A stretch of 63,095 nucleotides of DNA, filler included, from Porpidia crustulata (taxonomy: Eukaryota), in the NCBI GenBank assembly GCA_964255105.1. It is 16 parts of 16 records of this genome, joined end to end, with 100 filler letters (N's around TTAATTAATTAA, not from the genome) between each part and the next. Parts side by side here need not be neighbours in the genome. Positions count along the whole stretch, not along the records: positions 11,900 to 15,761 come from CAXUWE010002206.1; positions 15,862 to 19,718 come from CAXUWE010002207.1; positions 19,819 to 23,672 come from CAXUWE010002208.1; positions 23,773 to 27,626 come from CAXUWE010002209.1; 12 more parts are not named here. One strand, written 5' to 3'. Numbering within the stretch: position 1 is the stretch's first letter; each line of letters begins with the position of its first letter. This document shows, in pieces, positions 11,900-23,857 of the stretch. Made by a program: the position numbers and the translations under genes. The notes under the pieces are model-generated. The model searched no databases and was not told the DNA's origin. It saw nothing but the letters and a program-made list of their open reading frames with translations.

Positions 11900-12874
11900 G
11901 TGGTGGATGACGAGGGTGTGGAGCTGGGGGTATTTGGCGTTAAGGAGGTGGAAGGTGTCGTGAGCGTAGCGGGGGCCGAGGCTGATTTGGCGGAACTGGA
12001 AGATCATGAGGATGCGGTCGAAATGTTCGATGGAGTGGGTTGTCTATTTAGCCAGCTCGGGCGAGTGGAGGATGTTGCCGTTGTAGTTGATCCGGGCGGC
12101 GGTGAGTTCTTCGAGCTCGGTTGTTGAATAGATGGTGAGGAGATCATATAGGGTTTTAGTGTCCTCCAAGTAGATTGCTTCGCATTTCGAGATTATCTCG
12201 GAGAATTTTGGGTAGCCTCGTATCGGAATTGATGGCATGCTCGAAGAAATGCCGGATCAGGGGGGGAGGATGCACCGTTGAGCGAGACGGTTTGGGCCTT
12301 CCGTCTGTAACGCCCACTGACCTGAATTGCGAGCTGTACCAGCTAAAAAGTATAGCAGACTTCTCATCTCGCCAAGTCGTAACATATCTTAGAAGGTATG
12401 AGGGGCGCGGGGGGGGTGCTGTTGAGCCAGATTGCCTACCTGGTCAGTAATCAAGTCTTTACTGTCAACAACAATCTTCTTCTTCCGCTTGCTCGATGTA
12501 GAGTGCTCCTCATAGCTTCTCTTGCGCTTCTCTGGAGAGCGGAAATTGTCCCGATCAACAGAAGGCAGATCGATATCAAAAAATTCCAAATCAATCAACT
12601 CAAGAAGTATGCCATCCGAATCGTAGCTCTTCACATTGACTGATCAAACTAGCCTGCTAGCTTCGGGTACCACAGTCAGTAACCTAAAAGGTTGCTTGCA
12701 TGACTCTCCTTCTATTGCAGCGGCCATTGCTGACATCTCCTCAGGGGCAATAGCAGCGGTGCCAGTTGAATCATTGCCATATAGGGACTGCGTTTCTTGA
12801 CCTGCATTACGATCAGTCGTATTATCCACTGAGGCCATTTGGTAGGTCGCACTCGTCTCGTGATGAGAAGACAT
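11900..12874 (-). CDS. Hypothetical multi-exon protein; 3' extent uncertain
   Basis: Successive minus-strand ORFs (12644-12874, 12389-12634) are separated by intron-like segments with branch/acceptor signals. Basic NLS-like stretch KRKKK. Confidence 0.35.
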
Positions 12875-13005
12875 CTTGAATGATGTCGAAGGTTGTACTA
12901 ATGCAGTGCAATCGTCGGAAGGCAGTAGGAAATGCGGTATGTAATCAAGGCTGCGACTATGGGTAGTGCTGGATAATTTAGTACTGTGGTCGATAGCGAC
13001 AACAA

Positions 13006-13026
13006 TGTGTGTGTGTGTGTGTGTGT
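13006..13026. repeat. (TG)10 microsatellite
   Basis: Direct reading of tgtgtgtgtgtgtgtgtgtgt. Confidence 0.9.
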
Positions 13027-13130
13027 ATGGGCTAATACATTGATGATATATTCCATGACGGAATTACCCTCTTACATATATGTTTAGCCTTCACCAAAAC
13101 ACGACGGTGGCTCCAGTCATCGAGCGAAGA

Positions 13131-14429
13131 TTACACAATTCGGACTGCGCGACCAACACTGCCTGTCTCGAATTGTTCCACGAGGCCGGCTCCAAGGCAT
13201 TCTGCCAGTACCCAGTGGAACCGAAGTCCATAAAATTGCTTCCATTTGCGGGTCCTATTAGGTAGAATACCAGCAAATTCACCCCTATATCTCTTTGCCT
13301 TTGCAGCTGGATCATCGCCAGATATGCCACCATCCCAGCGTTCATGGAGGAGATATATTGGTATTTCTCGGTACTTGCACCGGAGAATAAGAGACACAAG
13401 GTGAGAGCGAGCTGCGGCCAAGAGCCGAAGATAGGGGCCGGTGTTTGGCAGCGCCACTTGAAGCTTCTCTCCGTAATAAAGCATCTTTCGAGGATCCTCT
13501 ATAGGTTCGAACCCACGCTGAGAGTTACTACGGCGAATACCTGCAACTTTTCCACTACCTCCTGCAGCATGAATGGCATCCTCTCCACCGACGGCAGCCA
13601 TGGATCCAGAAGCAGCCCGAGAGATATTCGAAAGAGATGTCATCAATCCAGCTGAAGCAACGCCAGGGTTAGCAAACACACCCCCTATACCATGAGACAG
13701 GGATGCGGAGGTCAGGAATCCAGCACGCATCAAAGCTGTGGTTTCAGTGGCTGTGAAATAATGTTGAGGTAGAGTCAGAGCGAGGGGCTCCGCTCGAAGG
13801 CAGTCCAGATATTTTGCTAGTGAACATTAATCCTAGCGCCCATGTTCAATTCTATCAGACACACCTATAAGATCTTGGTTTAAACTTTCTGTTTCGTTCA
13901 TAATTCTTTCAATGTCCTCAACAAGCACAAGTCCATCACTTATACTTGACCCGCCTATTCCTCGTCCAGGAACCACTATCTTCCTGATTATTCCAGCCTT
14001 TGCCAACTCTGTAATCTCTCTTTCTGTGGCAGTAGGCGAACTTGTCAGAGCATGAACGTGAGTGACAGTAACAGTGGGAGGAAGGGACTTTCTGAAATTC
14101 AATATCTCTGCTATCTGGGTACTGTTGAAACCACCACGTTCTGGCATAGCATCGAACATGTGGGTACGTACATGACGTACAATCTGCGCCACGTCTCGCA
14201 AGGAGAGGTCGGTTGCCAATGAGGTAACAAGGCCTACGTTGTCAAGCCGGTCCCCAAAAAAGTCTTCATCATCCTCTGCTTTCTCTATCTTGGATTGAGA
14301 TCGCTGAACAGGTTTTCTTTGCTTGAGGGTGCTTATAGCCGATGACGAGGAGCGTCTAAAGAGTGGATTCTTGGGCGTCGACCTCTTTGTTATACGTGAT
14401 GAATGTGCGGCGGAGAAATTAAGAGGCAT
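13131..14429 (-). CDS. STK19-family winged-helix protein, 2 exons
   Basis: Starts MPLNFSAAHSSRITK; contains SPTATEREITELAKAGIIRK. C-terminus ERWDGG...KWKQFYGLRFHWVLAECLGAGLVEQFETGSVG is characteristic of fungal Stk19 homologues. Confidence 0.75.
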
Positions 14430-14806
14430 GTTGACGCCGTCCTTACGTGCCCCGACACGAGGCCACACGCAGAGGAAATAACACGCAATAAGAACAAGAC
14501 GCCTGAATCATGAGATGTGGGAATTCAAGGCCTGCTTTTCCAAGCAATGGATATAAATGACTTTTTCGGGACAGTTGCGTACTGCCTTTTTATACAGAAT
14601 TAGATAGACAAGTCGAACTGCAGTCAGGATTGTGAGAAAATAAACCACCTTAGATCTTACCGCAAATTCTAGCATAAATTCGACCATAGATGAGAGCCAA
14701 AGTTGTAATCCTCTCAATCTCCTAATTCCGAGTACAACGGCTGATTTTCATGACTTCCTCAGCCCTACAGCCCTATAGCCACCTCAGCCCTACTCTTCCG
14801 CTATAC

Positions 14807-14870
14807 CTAGGGTTAGGGTTATAGCGACCAGTTTTGGTTGGGGCGGACCGTTGAGGGGTAGGAACGAGTA
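14807..14870 (+). mobile_element. Telomere-core MITE, subtype A; right half only (left TIR absent)
   Basis: CTAGGGTTAGGGTT (14807-14820) and right TIR CCGTTGAGGGGTAGGAACGAG plus TA (14848-14870). Colinear without gaps with 42466-42529. Confidence 0.8.
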
Positions 14871-15051
14871 TCGTGTGGCGTTGTCCTACAGATACGGCAG
14901 CTATTCCAGGATTCCCCCAACCTTGCAAACGGTACTTTCTTCAATTGAACACTCGTAACTGTGATTTCTACAGCAATGACAAGTATCGAGCCTAGCTTAC
15001 CAACGAACGCGCTCTCATAGTTCAATTGGCTTCGCCGACCGAATCTACACC

Positions 15052-15761
15052 ATGACAACGCACGCCCCATTGAATCCCGAACCATCACGGCCTGAAGATC
15101 GCGAAGCGAATCACCTACCACCGAAGACCTATCTCGATGCCGCCGACGAGAACCTAGATCCAGACCTCAGGAAGGAACAGATCCCACCAACGCAGTACGT
15201 TGGCCAAGGCGAAGACGATGCGCCGAGAAGTCCCGCGAAAAAGGTGCATAAGAAGAGCAGTTCGTTGCGAGTCAATGGCAAGTCAAAGGAAAAGGAAAGC
15301 TCCAAAGTCATTGTCGAAAGATACCATGACAAGGATGGCGAACATTTGACCACGGTGCGACTTCCATACGACCATGCGAAGCAAAGGCACATTTCGCAAC
15401 ACGGACGGCAGGGTTCGGAGCTTCTTAGCGGAAGGAAAGCCGGAACAGGTTGGGAAAGAAGCCAGTAAGTCTATCATCATCGCTAATGGCCGCTGCACCG
15501 ACTAACAAACCCATCACAGCATCCACTTTGCCCCCTTATCCGTCCCCTTCCAACGGCGCCTCCAAACATTCGTCGTACTGGGCCATACCCTCTCCATCGC
15601 CCTCCTCCTGACAACTTTCTTCTTCCTATGCGCAATCCCCAACACCTGGCCCCGCCTCCTCCCCAACCTCCACTACCTCCACTTATACCAACCCCACAAC
15701 ACCCCCCACCACACCCACCCCACCACCATACAACCCAACCAACAACTGCCAGTACGACTTT
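15052..15761 (+). CDS. DGA1: Diacylglycerol O-acyltransferase (DGAT2), 5' part; truncated by contig end
   Basis: Exon 1 ends ...SGRKAGTGWERS at a GTAAGT donor. Exon 2 reads IHFAPLSVPFQRRLQTFVVLGHTLSI, the FAPL..RRLQT DGAT2 motif. Confidence 0.85.
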
Positions 15762-16388
15762 NNNNNNNNNNNNNNNNNNNNNNNNNNNNNNNNNNNNNNN
15801 NNNNNTTAATTAATTAANNNNNNNNNNNNNNNNNNNNNNNNNNNNNNNNNNNNNNNNNNNNGATGGGGTGTTGGGGTTGTTGGGGAATGTGTAGGGTTAT
15901 GGTGAGGTGAAATGAGGTGAGGTGTGTTTGGTCGAGTGTTTTATATTGTGCTGATTGGCTAGGTTCGGAGACGCTTTGGGGGAGTAAGGAAAGAAGGAGT
16001 GTTATTCATACTAGTTATTGTGGGAATTGTCGCAGATGACATGATGCTTGCTAGTAGTGGATGATGTGATATGAAAGTATCAGAGAAGTAGGACCATGAC
16101 AATAGACTTGCCGAGGGTGCCTTCGCGCCATAATGCTTCGTGCAATACCAGCTCTCAGCATATTACTTGAATGCTAACCTGCCCAGCCGGTCATTGCACA
16201 AGGTTGAACATGGCATCGCAAAGAGAAACATGGTGATGATCAATCTACCTCTTTGGAAAGGCCACAAGATATTGAGATTCCTAATGTTACAGATAGCACA
16301 GGATCCTTGGAAGTTGTTCCTCTTGAATTGATAACACTGTAAATAGTACGCCGTGCACTGGTACCGAAACGAGATACTGAATTCGGGT

Positions 16389-17373
16389 TTAACGCTTGGT
16401 CCACGTCGGCATCTTTCTAGCCTTCCGGTGGCCTGGCTTCTTCCTCTCTACCCGTCGAGGGTCTCGTGTCACGCAGCCAGCTGGAAAAACACATCAGTAC
16501 CAACGATCGCGAAGACTCCCACGAAGAAATCAACCACTCACCTCGTCTTAACGCGGGCTTGAGCATTGGTTCATGTACCATTAATGCTTTGGCTAACCCC
16601 AACGTGATCGCCTCCGCCTGCCCCGTCGACCCGCCTCCCGTTACCAATGCCCAGACATTGTATCTATCCATTCTGCCCGTAGCCTTTAGCGCCCATAACG
16701 CGCTTTCCCGGTCGTGTATGCGTCCAAATACACTATTGATACTTTTCCCATTGATCAAGACCTCCCCGTTCCCTTGCACAAGATACACCTTCGCACTACT
16801 CGATTTTCGTCTTCCCACACCGTAAGCCCGTCCATCCGCATCGATTGTGCTAGGCCTCCGAATAACTGCGTAAGGGTTCACATCGCGCTTGTACGGCTCC
16901 ATAGCTTCTTGTAATGACTCGGGCATTAGGGATGGAATGATTTGGTTCAGACGGCGTAAAAGGTCGATAATCTTGTGGTATTTCGAGGCCCGGATAAGCT
17001 CGCCCACCATGAGACGGTACTGTGTAACAGTCCTCCACGCCACGCGGGGCGCTTGCCCGGGGGCGACAGTGGGAAGAGTTTGGTATTGTCGAAGGAGGGA
17101 TTGGAGATGGAGTAGGTTGTCGGTGAATTTGGGCTTGGCAGTGAAGTAGGAAGGCGAGGCTGGCACAATGCGAGCGTGTGAAGGATTGGGGGCTGGGAGG
17201 TCGTCGAAATTGATTTCTGGAGCGGCGATTGAAGCTGGTCTGAGTTTGGAGGTTGTGAAAGCTCGCGACATGGATCGGTTTGGCTTGGTAGGGCCGCGAG
17301 TTGGCCTGCAGTGACATTTGGGACATTGAGAAAGTAATGAAGCTCTCAGACTGAAGGGCAATTTGGATGCCAT
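16389..17373 (-). CDS. MRPS9: Mitochondrial ribosomal protein S9 (uS9m), 2 exons
   Basis: [12 protein letters not shown] and [16 protein letters not shown]. Last exon [29 protein letters not shown]. Arg/Ser-rich targeting-like N-terminus. Confidence 0.93.
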
Positions 17374-17610
17374 GATGATAAGGTCATCCACTCCCTTTGC
17401 TAAACTCTTGAGATTGAATAAGTCTTCCCATGCCCGACATGCGGAAAATCAGTGACGGCGCTACGGCGCTAACCGAGCGAAAGTCCGAAGAACCGCATCC
17501 ACAAAACTATGACTCTGAGCCAGCAATAGAAAGCCAGAATATACTTGGCAACGACTACTCGATATTCCCAGGGGAATCACAGACCAAACTCTACCTACTG
17601 TGACACAATC

Positions 17611-19327
17611 ATGGCTTTCGGCAAGCTTTACACATTCGACGTAACACTCCAACACTCCAGCCTCAAATGACAAGGCTAATACTATGCTTCTGTCAGGGCA
17701 ACGCACGATCGACGGCTATCCGTGCAGTGGCCAAGGCAAATAACCTCGACCTCGAGATCGTCCACACTGAGCCAGCTAAGGGCGTTTCCGATGAGTACCT
17801 CAAACTCCACAAGCTCGGGCGAGTCCCATCCTTTGTGGGCGCGGACGGCTACGAGCTCACCGAGTCCATTGCAATTGCAATCTATAGTATGCTCCTAGTC
17901 CCCCAAGTAAAATCTACGCACAATCCTGGCACAATCCCGCACCTACCATGATGAAAAACCTATTCAATTACAGTTATCCCTGTCTGAAGACAACTGTTGA
18001 GAAAAATTCACACTCTGACACAGCTGACTTATCCAAATTCGACAACCCGCTATCATTCCAGTAGCTCAAGCTAATAGATCACAGTCACTTCCCAAAATGA
18101 GAAGACTAGTCTGTTAGGGAAGACCAAACAAGATTATGCATCTATCGTTCGATGGATGTCCTTTGCCAACTCCGAGATCCTACCACAGCTTAGTGCCTGG
18201 TTCCGCCCCCTCATCGGCCGTGATCCCTTCAACAAGAAGACAGTTGAAGACTCTCAAAAAGCTACCCTTAAAGCGATGAGTGTCCTGGAGGAGCATCTTC
18301 TAGTCAACACCTTCCTCGTCGGAGAGCGCATCACCCTTGCCGACCTCTTCGCTACCAGCGTCGCGTCCCGAGGCTTCCAATTCGTCTTTGACAAGAAGTG
18401 GCGCACGGAGTATCCAAACGTCACTCGTTGGTATGAGACCATCTACAACCAGCCAATCTATTCCGCCGTCGTTGACAAGCTTTCCTTCATCGACGAGGCC
18501 ATTCCCAACCACCCTCCTAAGAAGGAAAAGGAGGAGAAGCCTAAGAAAGAGCAAGCTCCCAAAGCTGCGCCAAAGCCCAAGGCCAAGGAAGTCGACGAAG
18601 AAGAGGAGGAAGAGGACAAGCCCCAGCCAAAACCCAAGCATCCTCTAGAGGCTCTACCAAAGCCGACACTGGTTCTTGATGACTGGAAACGAAAGTACTC
18701 CAACGAGGAAACTCGCGAGGTTGCGCTGCCATGGTTTTGGGAGAATTTTAACGCTGAAGAATACTCGATCTGGAGAGTCGACTACAAGTACAATGATGAG
18801 CTGACGATGACCTTCATGACCTCTAACCTAATCGGTGAGTCCCCTCTTTTTTTCTCTCCACCCATGCGGGATGGGTTGGTGAGTGGACACAATGAGCGGA
18901 GATACCAGGCCAACGAGCGCTCTGTATGCCCGCTTTTTGATAACAACCCTGGGGATACGTCCAAACTCAATCTCGTCCTCTCTCATCTCCTTGACTTGGA
19001 ACCCCTCAAGCCTCCAATTTCAACGATTGACATTCTTTAGGCGGTTTCTTCACCCGTCTCGAAGCCTCCCGCAAATACATCTTCGGCTGCGCCTCCGTCT
19101 ACGGCGTCAAAAACGACAGCATCGTCCGCGGCGCCTTCGTGATCCGCGGCCAGGAGGAACAGCCCGCCTTCGACGTGGCGCCCGACTACGAAAGCTACAG
19201 CTTCACCAAGCTGGATCCGAAGAAGAAGGACGACAAGGAGTTTGTGGACGATCAGTGGAGCTGGGACAAGCCGATCGTGGAGAAGGGCAAGACATACGAG
19301 TGGGCGGACGGGAAGGTGTTTAAGTAG
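17611..19327 (+). CDS. TEF4: Translation elongation factor 1B gamma, 4 exons
   Basis: MAFGKLYTFD..GNARSTAIRAVAKAN (GST-N), KHPLEALPKPT..LDDWKRKYSNEETR, AFDVAPDYESY, WADGKVFK*. Confidence 0.95.
17944..18022 (+). ncRNA. snR38: Intronic box C/D snoRNA, snR38 orthologue
   Basis: Box C ATGATGA at 17948-17954. Guide CAGTTATCCCTGT (17971-17983) is exactly complementary to LSU rRNA ACAGGGAUAACUG and is followed by D' CTGA (17984-17987); D box CTGA at 18015-18018. Yeast snR38 lies in the TEF4 intron. Confidence 0.9.
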
Positions 19328-19818
19328 TTGTGCGGGGAAAGTGTCGATGGTGAGGGTACGAGGGATGGTTAAAAATGCTAGTTTCGGCTAGCTTGCGTTG
19401 TAGGATCCGTAGAAATGCTAGATGGATGGTTACGCGCACTATCATCGTGCTTTTATCATGCGATCGACATCAACGATCTCCGAACGAATACAACCCTCGT
19501 TTCTCCACCGGCCCCACTTTTCAGCAGAAAGTATCATCAGTTAAAACAGAGGTAAAATTATGCTTCACCGGGACGTCTCCCCTACTATACCTACTCGACT
19601 CCTTGGTAACGAGACGCCCATCCCATGCTTTCCCAGATGATGCCCGTCACTCCCGTATACCGTATAGCATGACCGTAACTAATCAAACACCCACCTCTCA
19701 TGGCCCACTTCCCTCGCGNNNNNNNNNNNNNNNNNNNNNNNNNNNNNNNNNNNNNNNNNNNNTTAATTAATTAANNNNNNNNNNNNNNNNNNNNNNNNNN
19801 NNNNNNNNNNNNNNNNNN

Positions 19819-22800
19819 CTCCCCTTCTTTCCCCGCGCGCGTTTACGCTCCTCGCGCCGGCGATTTTTGGACGTGCGGCGAGTGGCACCTGTAGCCGCGG
19901 TGCCGCTCTGGGTGCGGGAGGTGTAGCGAGTGAAGAGAGTGGTGCCAGATGTGGAGGCTGACGAGGGGGCCAAGGAGATATTATCGGGTATGTCGTTTCC
20001 ATCAGCATCAGCGGTATTAGTGGTGCCGTCGAAGAATGCAAGAGGGTCCTGGGACTTTTTGAGGCGGAGCTCGCGGAGCCGGGGTACTTGGGCTTGCAGT
20101 TGGGCTTTGCAGTCGGCGAGTAATTCGGTGGTTGCGGCCATGGCTTCTGCTAAGCCGACGTCGACGACTGATTCTAGAAGGTCTGGGCGGTTGTGCAAGC
20201 CGAGGAGGCGGAGGGCAGAGGAGAAGTGGTAGGCTTTGCAGAAAAGGCGGGCAGAGGTTTGTATGTTGGAGAGGTAGTCAGAGAGGATGGTAGCAGCGGC
20301 AGAGAAGTCTTTGGATTCAGTAAGACTGTCCGCGAGTGTACGCGCGAGTTGATGCAGTTCGGGGGTGTCCAAGGGGATGAGGGTTGCCGTGGAAAGGGAT
20401 TCTTGCCAGAGATTGGCAAGACAATAGGATTCAGAGGCGGCGGGGTAGTCGGTGAGATATTCGTAGGCTTTGGGGAAAGTGAGCACACGGGCATTTGTAG
20501 CAGAGATAAGGGTAAGCTACCTATTCCTGCTTCTCGAAATTGAGAGGCGTTATGAAGGTACTCAGCATATAGACGCATGATCTCTTTAAGATGTCCTTCC
20601 CGATAGCGATACAGCTCTAGCGCTTCTTGATATAGGTCATGCTTGACAGTGTAGACCTTTGTTTCGTCTAGAGCGTCTAGGTCATACAAGTGCTTGAGTG
20701 CTCTCTTCCATCGACCGAGGTAGTTGTCGATGGAGTATTGGCGGCGGAGTGGCGGCATTTCCTGAAGGCTTTGAAGGAATGGAAGATACTCTCGAGGATC
20801 CTATTTTCAGTCAGCTATTGTATAATTCTGAGGGCTAACGTGGAGTCTGGAGACCTTCTGGGATTGCTGCGCGATAAGTAAAGTCAAATCCAGATTATAT
20901 AGTCCAAGAGCATTGTCATATAAGCGATTTACATCGGCCAGGAGGCATATATGCTCTATTGTTCGATCTACGTGATCTGATCGCTGGCCTGTGTGTAGGT
21001 CAGTACACCACTGAAGTAGCAAGAATTGGCATTCAATAAGGTCTGGGACATATCGTAGCTGTTCGACATGAAAAGTGGAGATGGCCTAGTAATGCAGCAT
21101 ACGATCGAGCTGACTTGTTATTGAGCACGGGTAGTACAACGGAGACTTACTTATAATATTCGCAATCTCATTCAGACCTGCGTCCAGATCCGGAGGCACT
21201 TTGCAGACATGGGCTGTGACCACGTTCTGTATGTGAGCAGATCCACGAATTGCAAGGGCTTTCAGGAATGCATCACATATTCTATTGATTTTAGACACAT
21301 CGCCTGCTTCTGTGACTTCCAAATTTATTGGGCGTTTGCCACCCACAGCTCCATGCAGAGTTTCTCTATACATTGTCTCAGAGACATCTTCCTCCCTGCT
21401 GGTAATTAGATACGCTCGAGAGATTTTCGATTGTGCATACCTGAGCTGCGACAAGAAGAGATCAATATGCTCCACTTTATGCACTTGATCCAAAAACAGT
21501 CCAACATTTGTGATAAACTTATCTGGTGCATGGTCGTGCAGAATATTCATGTCCACTCTCTGATTCCGGCATGCAAGAAAGGCTTTTCTATACTTGTGAT
21601 CAATTATGCTCTGCCGAATACCTGTGAGAACTAGAGCTCGTGGGTAAATGGTCTCGAGATTTCCTCTTGGCATCTGCATTACTAGAGCAAAAGCTGAAGG
21701 CATGACCGTTACGAGTCGAGCTCCAGGTTCAATACTGCGGCACCTCTCGTCTGACTCTGGGGTATCTGGCGATACTTCCATATCTTCGCTTATTAGCAGG
21801 CTTGTCGAAACGTGGATGCTCTGGACTCTTACCTTCTATAGGCGCCATATGCACAAATTTTAGACGGTGCTGTCCAGTCGTAAATATCACATGCGCTGGA
21901 GTTACCAAGAAAGAAGTACAATTCTTAGATAGAAGACGCTGATCTGCATAGAGAGAACCATTGTTGGTGACTCTGAAAGACGTGCTGGCTACTTCGGTGT
22001 TCGATTTTTCAGAATCATCCATCCCTACACTTGAAAAAGCAATGTTCGGATCGACCGAACCATCGTGATTCGTCGTCTCAGGAGAAAGTTCTTTACACCA
22101 CTTCAGGACTGGTGCCACGGGTGGTTTCGTCGTCAACTGCCATTGATACAACAAGATGCTTGAGTGACAAAGAACATAAACCATTGCTAGGGACCCCTTG
22201 GAACCTCCAACAGTCACTTTGACATCTAAAGCATTATCTTCTAGAGCGATCTCGTGTAAAGACATGGGTGGGGGAATGTTGGCGAGCCTTAAGGGTGTAA
22301 GTTTCAGATTCCCTATTTGAAGTTAGCAAGCAGTCTTTGAAGCCTTTGGCATTCGACCTACTGCCATCTATGACTGCCACAATCCCATAATCGTTTGGCG
22401 GCGACGTGGGACCAGTGGCAACAACAGAGGTATATTCAAGCTGTTGAATTGCTTCTGAATTCTTGTGTTAGTGTAAGTGCCAAGCTAAATCGATCGTGCC
22501 CTTACCATTAGACATGATGGCAAATCGTAATGGCTTTTCTGGATGCCACTTTAAATCCCCTAACGATCGTGACTGTGGAAAAATCTCTTGTTTGAGATAA
22601 TAATGATAATTTCCCATAGTCCATAGTTGCACTCTGTCCTTGAACAAAACCGCAAGCACCGAAGAGTCGTTGTTCCATTTCAGATGGATTTCACTTCCCC
22701 AGGTTTCCATTTCTTCCTCTGTAAGCCTTAGGGAGAAGTTGCCGTGGCGAAGACCGTTCCGTTCAAAAAAGACGATATCAATACGGTCCCGAAGACGCTG

Positions 22801-23604
22801 TACGCCAGCTAATAAATTACCCACTGGTCTCCAGCTCAAAGCACCTTCAAGCCCATCAATAGGTTCACTAACACTATCAAGGCTACCTTCTCTCGAATAG
22901 ACACGGATTACCCTTCGTAAGTCTGACTCAATACTGCTAACAGCAACATACGACCCATCTCCCCGCCAGCTGATTGCCATCCTTTTATTATCATTCTTGC
23001 TCAGGATGCCCTTATCCACCTTTTCTGGCATGGTAGGGTCCCGTAAGATTTTGGCCCCTTTCCCTTTGAATTGTGTTTCCGACTTTCCCCAGCCGACGGA
23101 GACGTGATTCGAGACTTTCATGTCCTCGGGCGTAAATGCGACATCGACGACATTATTAAAGTCTCGCGTCATGAATAGCAGAGTGGCGGTCCTAGTAGTA
23201 ATAGCAAGTAATTCTCCGTCAGGGGACCAAGCAGCTGCAGATATGCCGGTATCGACAGAGCCAACGATTTCTATCTTTTCTTCTCCAGACTGAGGCTCTT
23301 CCCGAACAATAGCAAGATCTCCGCCAGCCAGTACGAGGCATGTTGTCAGACTATCAGAGAAAAAACATATATCTAGGATGTGATCACAATCTAGGTCTGG
23401 CAGTGGGCACGGTGCGTCCCACGAAGTAATATGATCTAAACCGCTGGACTCGTTCCATCGCCTAAGTTGGATTAGACTGTTCTCCTTGGTAGGTCCGAAA
23501 GCACATATTATGCTATCTGAAACTGCATCCCAAGCGGATGCTGTTAATTGTAGCCCTTGCGGGCTGTTCAGCAGGATCCGGTGAACACTTTTTAGATTAC
23601 GCAT
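19819..23604 (-). CDS. ELP1: Elongator complex subunit 1; multi-exon, 3' truncated
   Basis: MRNLKS start, VSVGWGKSETQFKGKGAK, RDPTMPE, FFERNGLRHG, WTMGNYHYYLKQ, QMPRGNLETIYPRALVL, AQQSQK, RRREERKRARGKKG. Confidence 0.95.
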
Positions 23605-23857
23605 TATCACAGGCGATGATATCGCTGTGTGCAAATTGGTATGGCCGATTTTTGAATTTAGCGAAAACGAAANNNNNNNNNNNNNNNNNNNNNNNNNNNN
23701 NNNNNNNNNNNNNNNNTTAATTAATTAANNNNNNNNNNNNNNNNNNNNNNNNNNNNNNNNNNNNNNNNNNNNGTGCTTCCTAACTCCCCTTACTCCCGAT
23801 GCCAAGAAAGGAGCATATTTTCCGAGAAAAGGTAATTTCAATACGGTACCAAAACAA

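Noticed and set aside
15640..15761. C/A-rich low-complexity tail in DGA1, with similar C- or G-rich stretches at many contig ends
   Set aside because: The expected hydrophobic DGAT2 sequence degrades toward the contig edge. This is most likely low-quality terminal consensus, not real repeats or telomeres.
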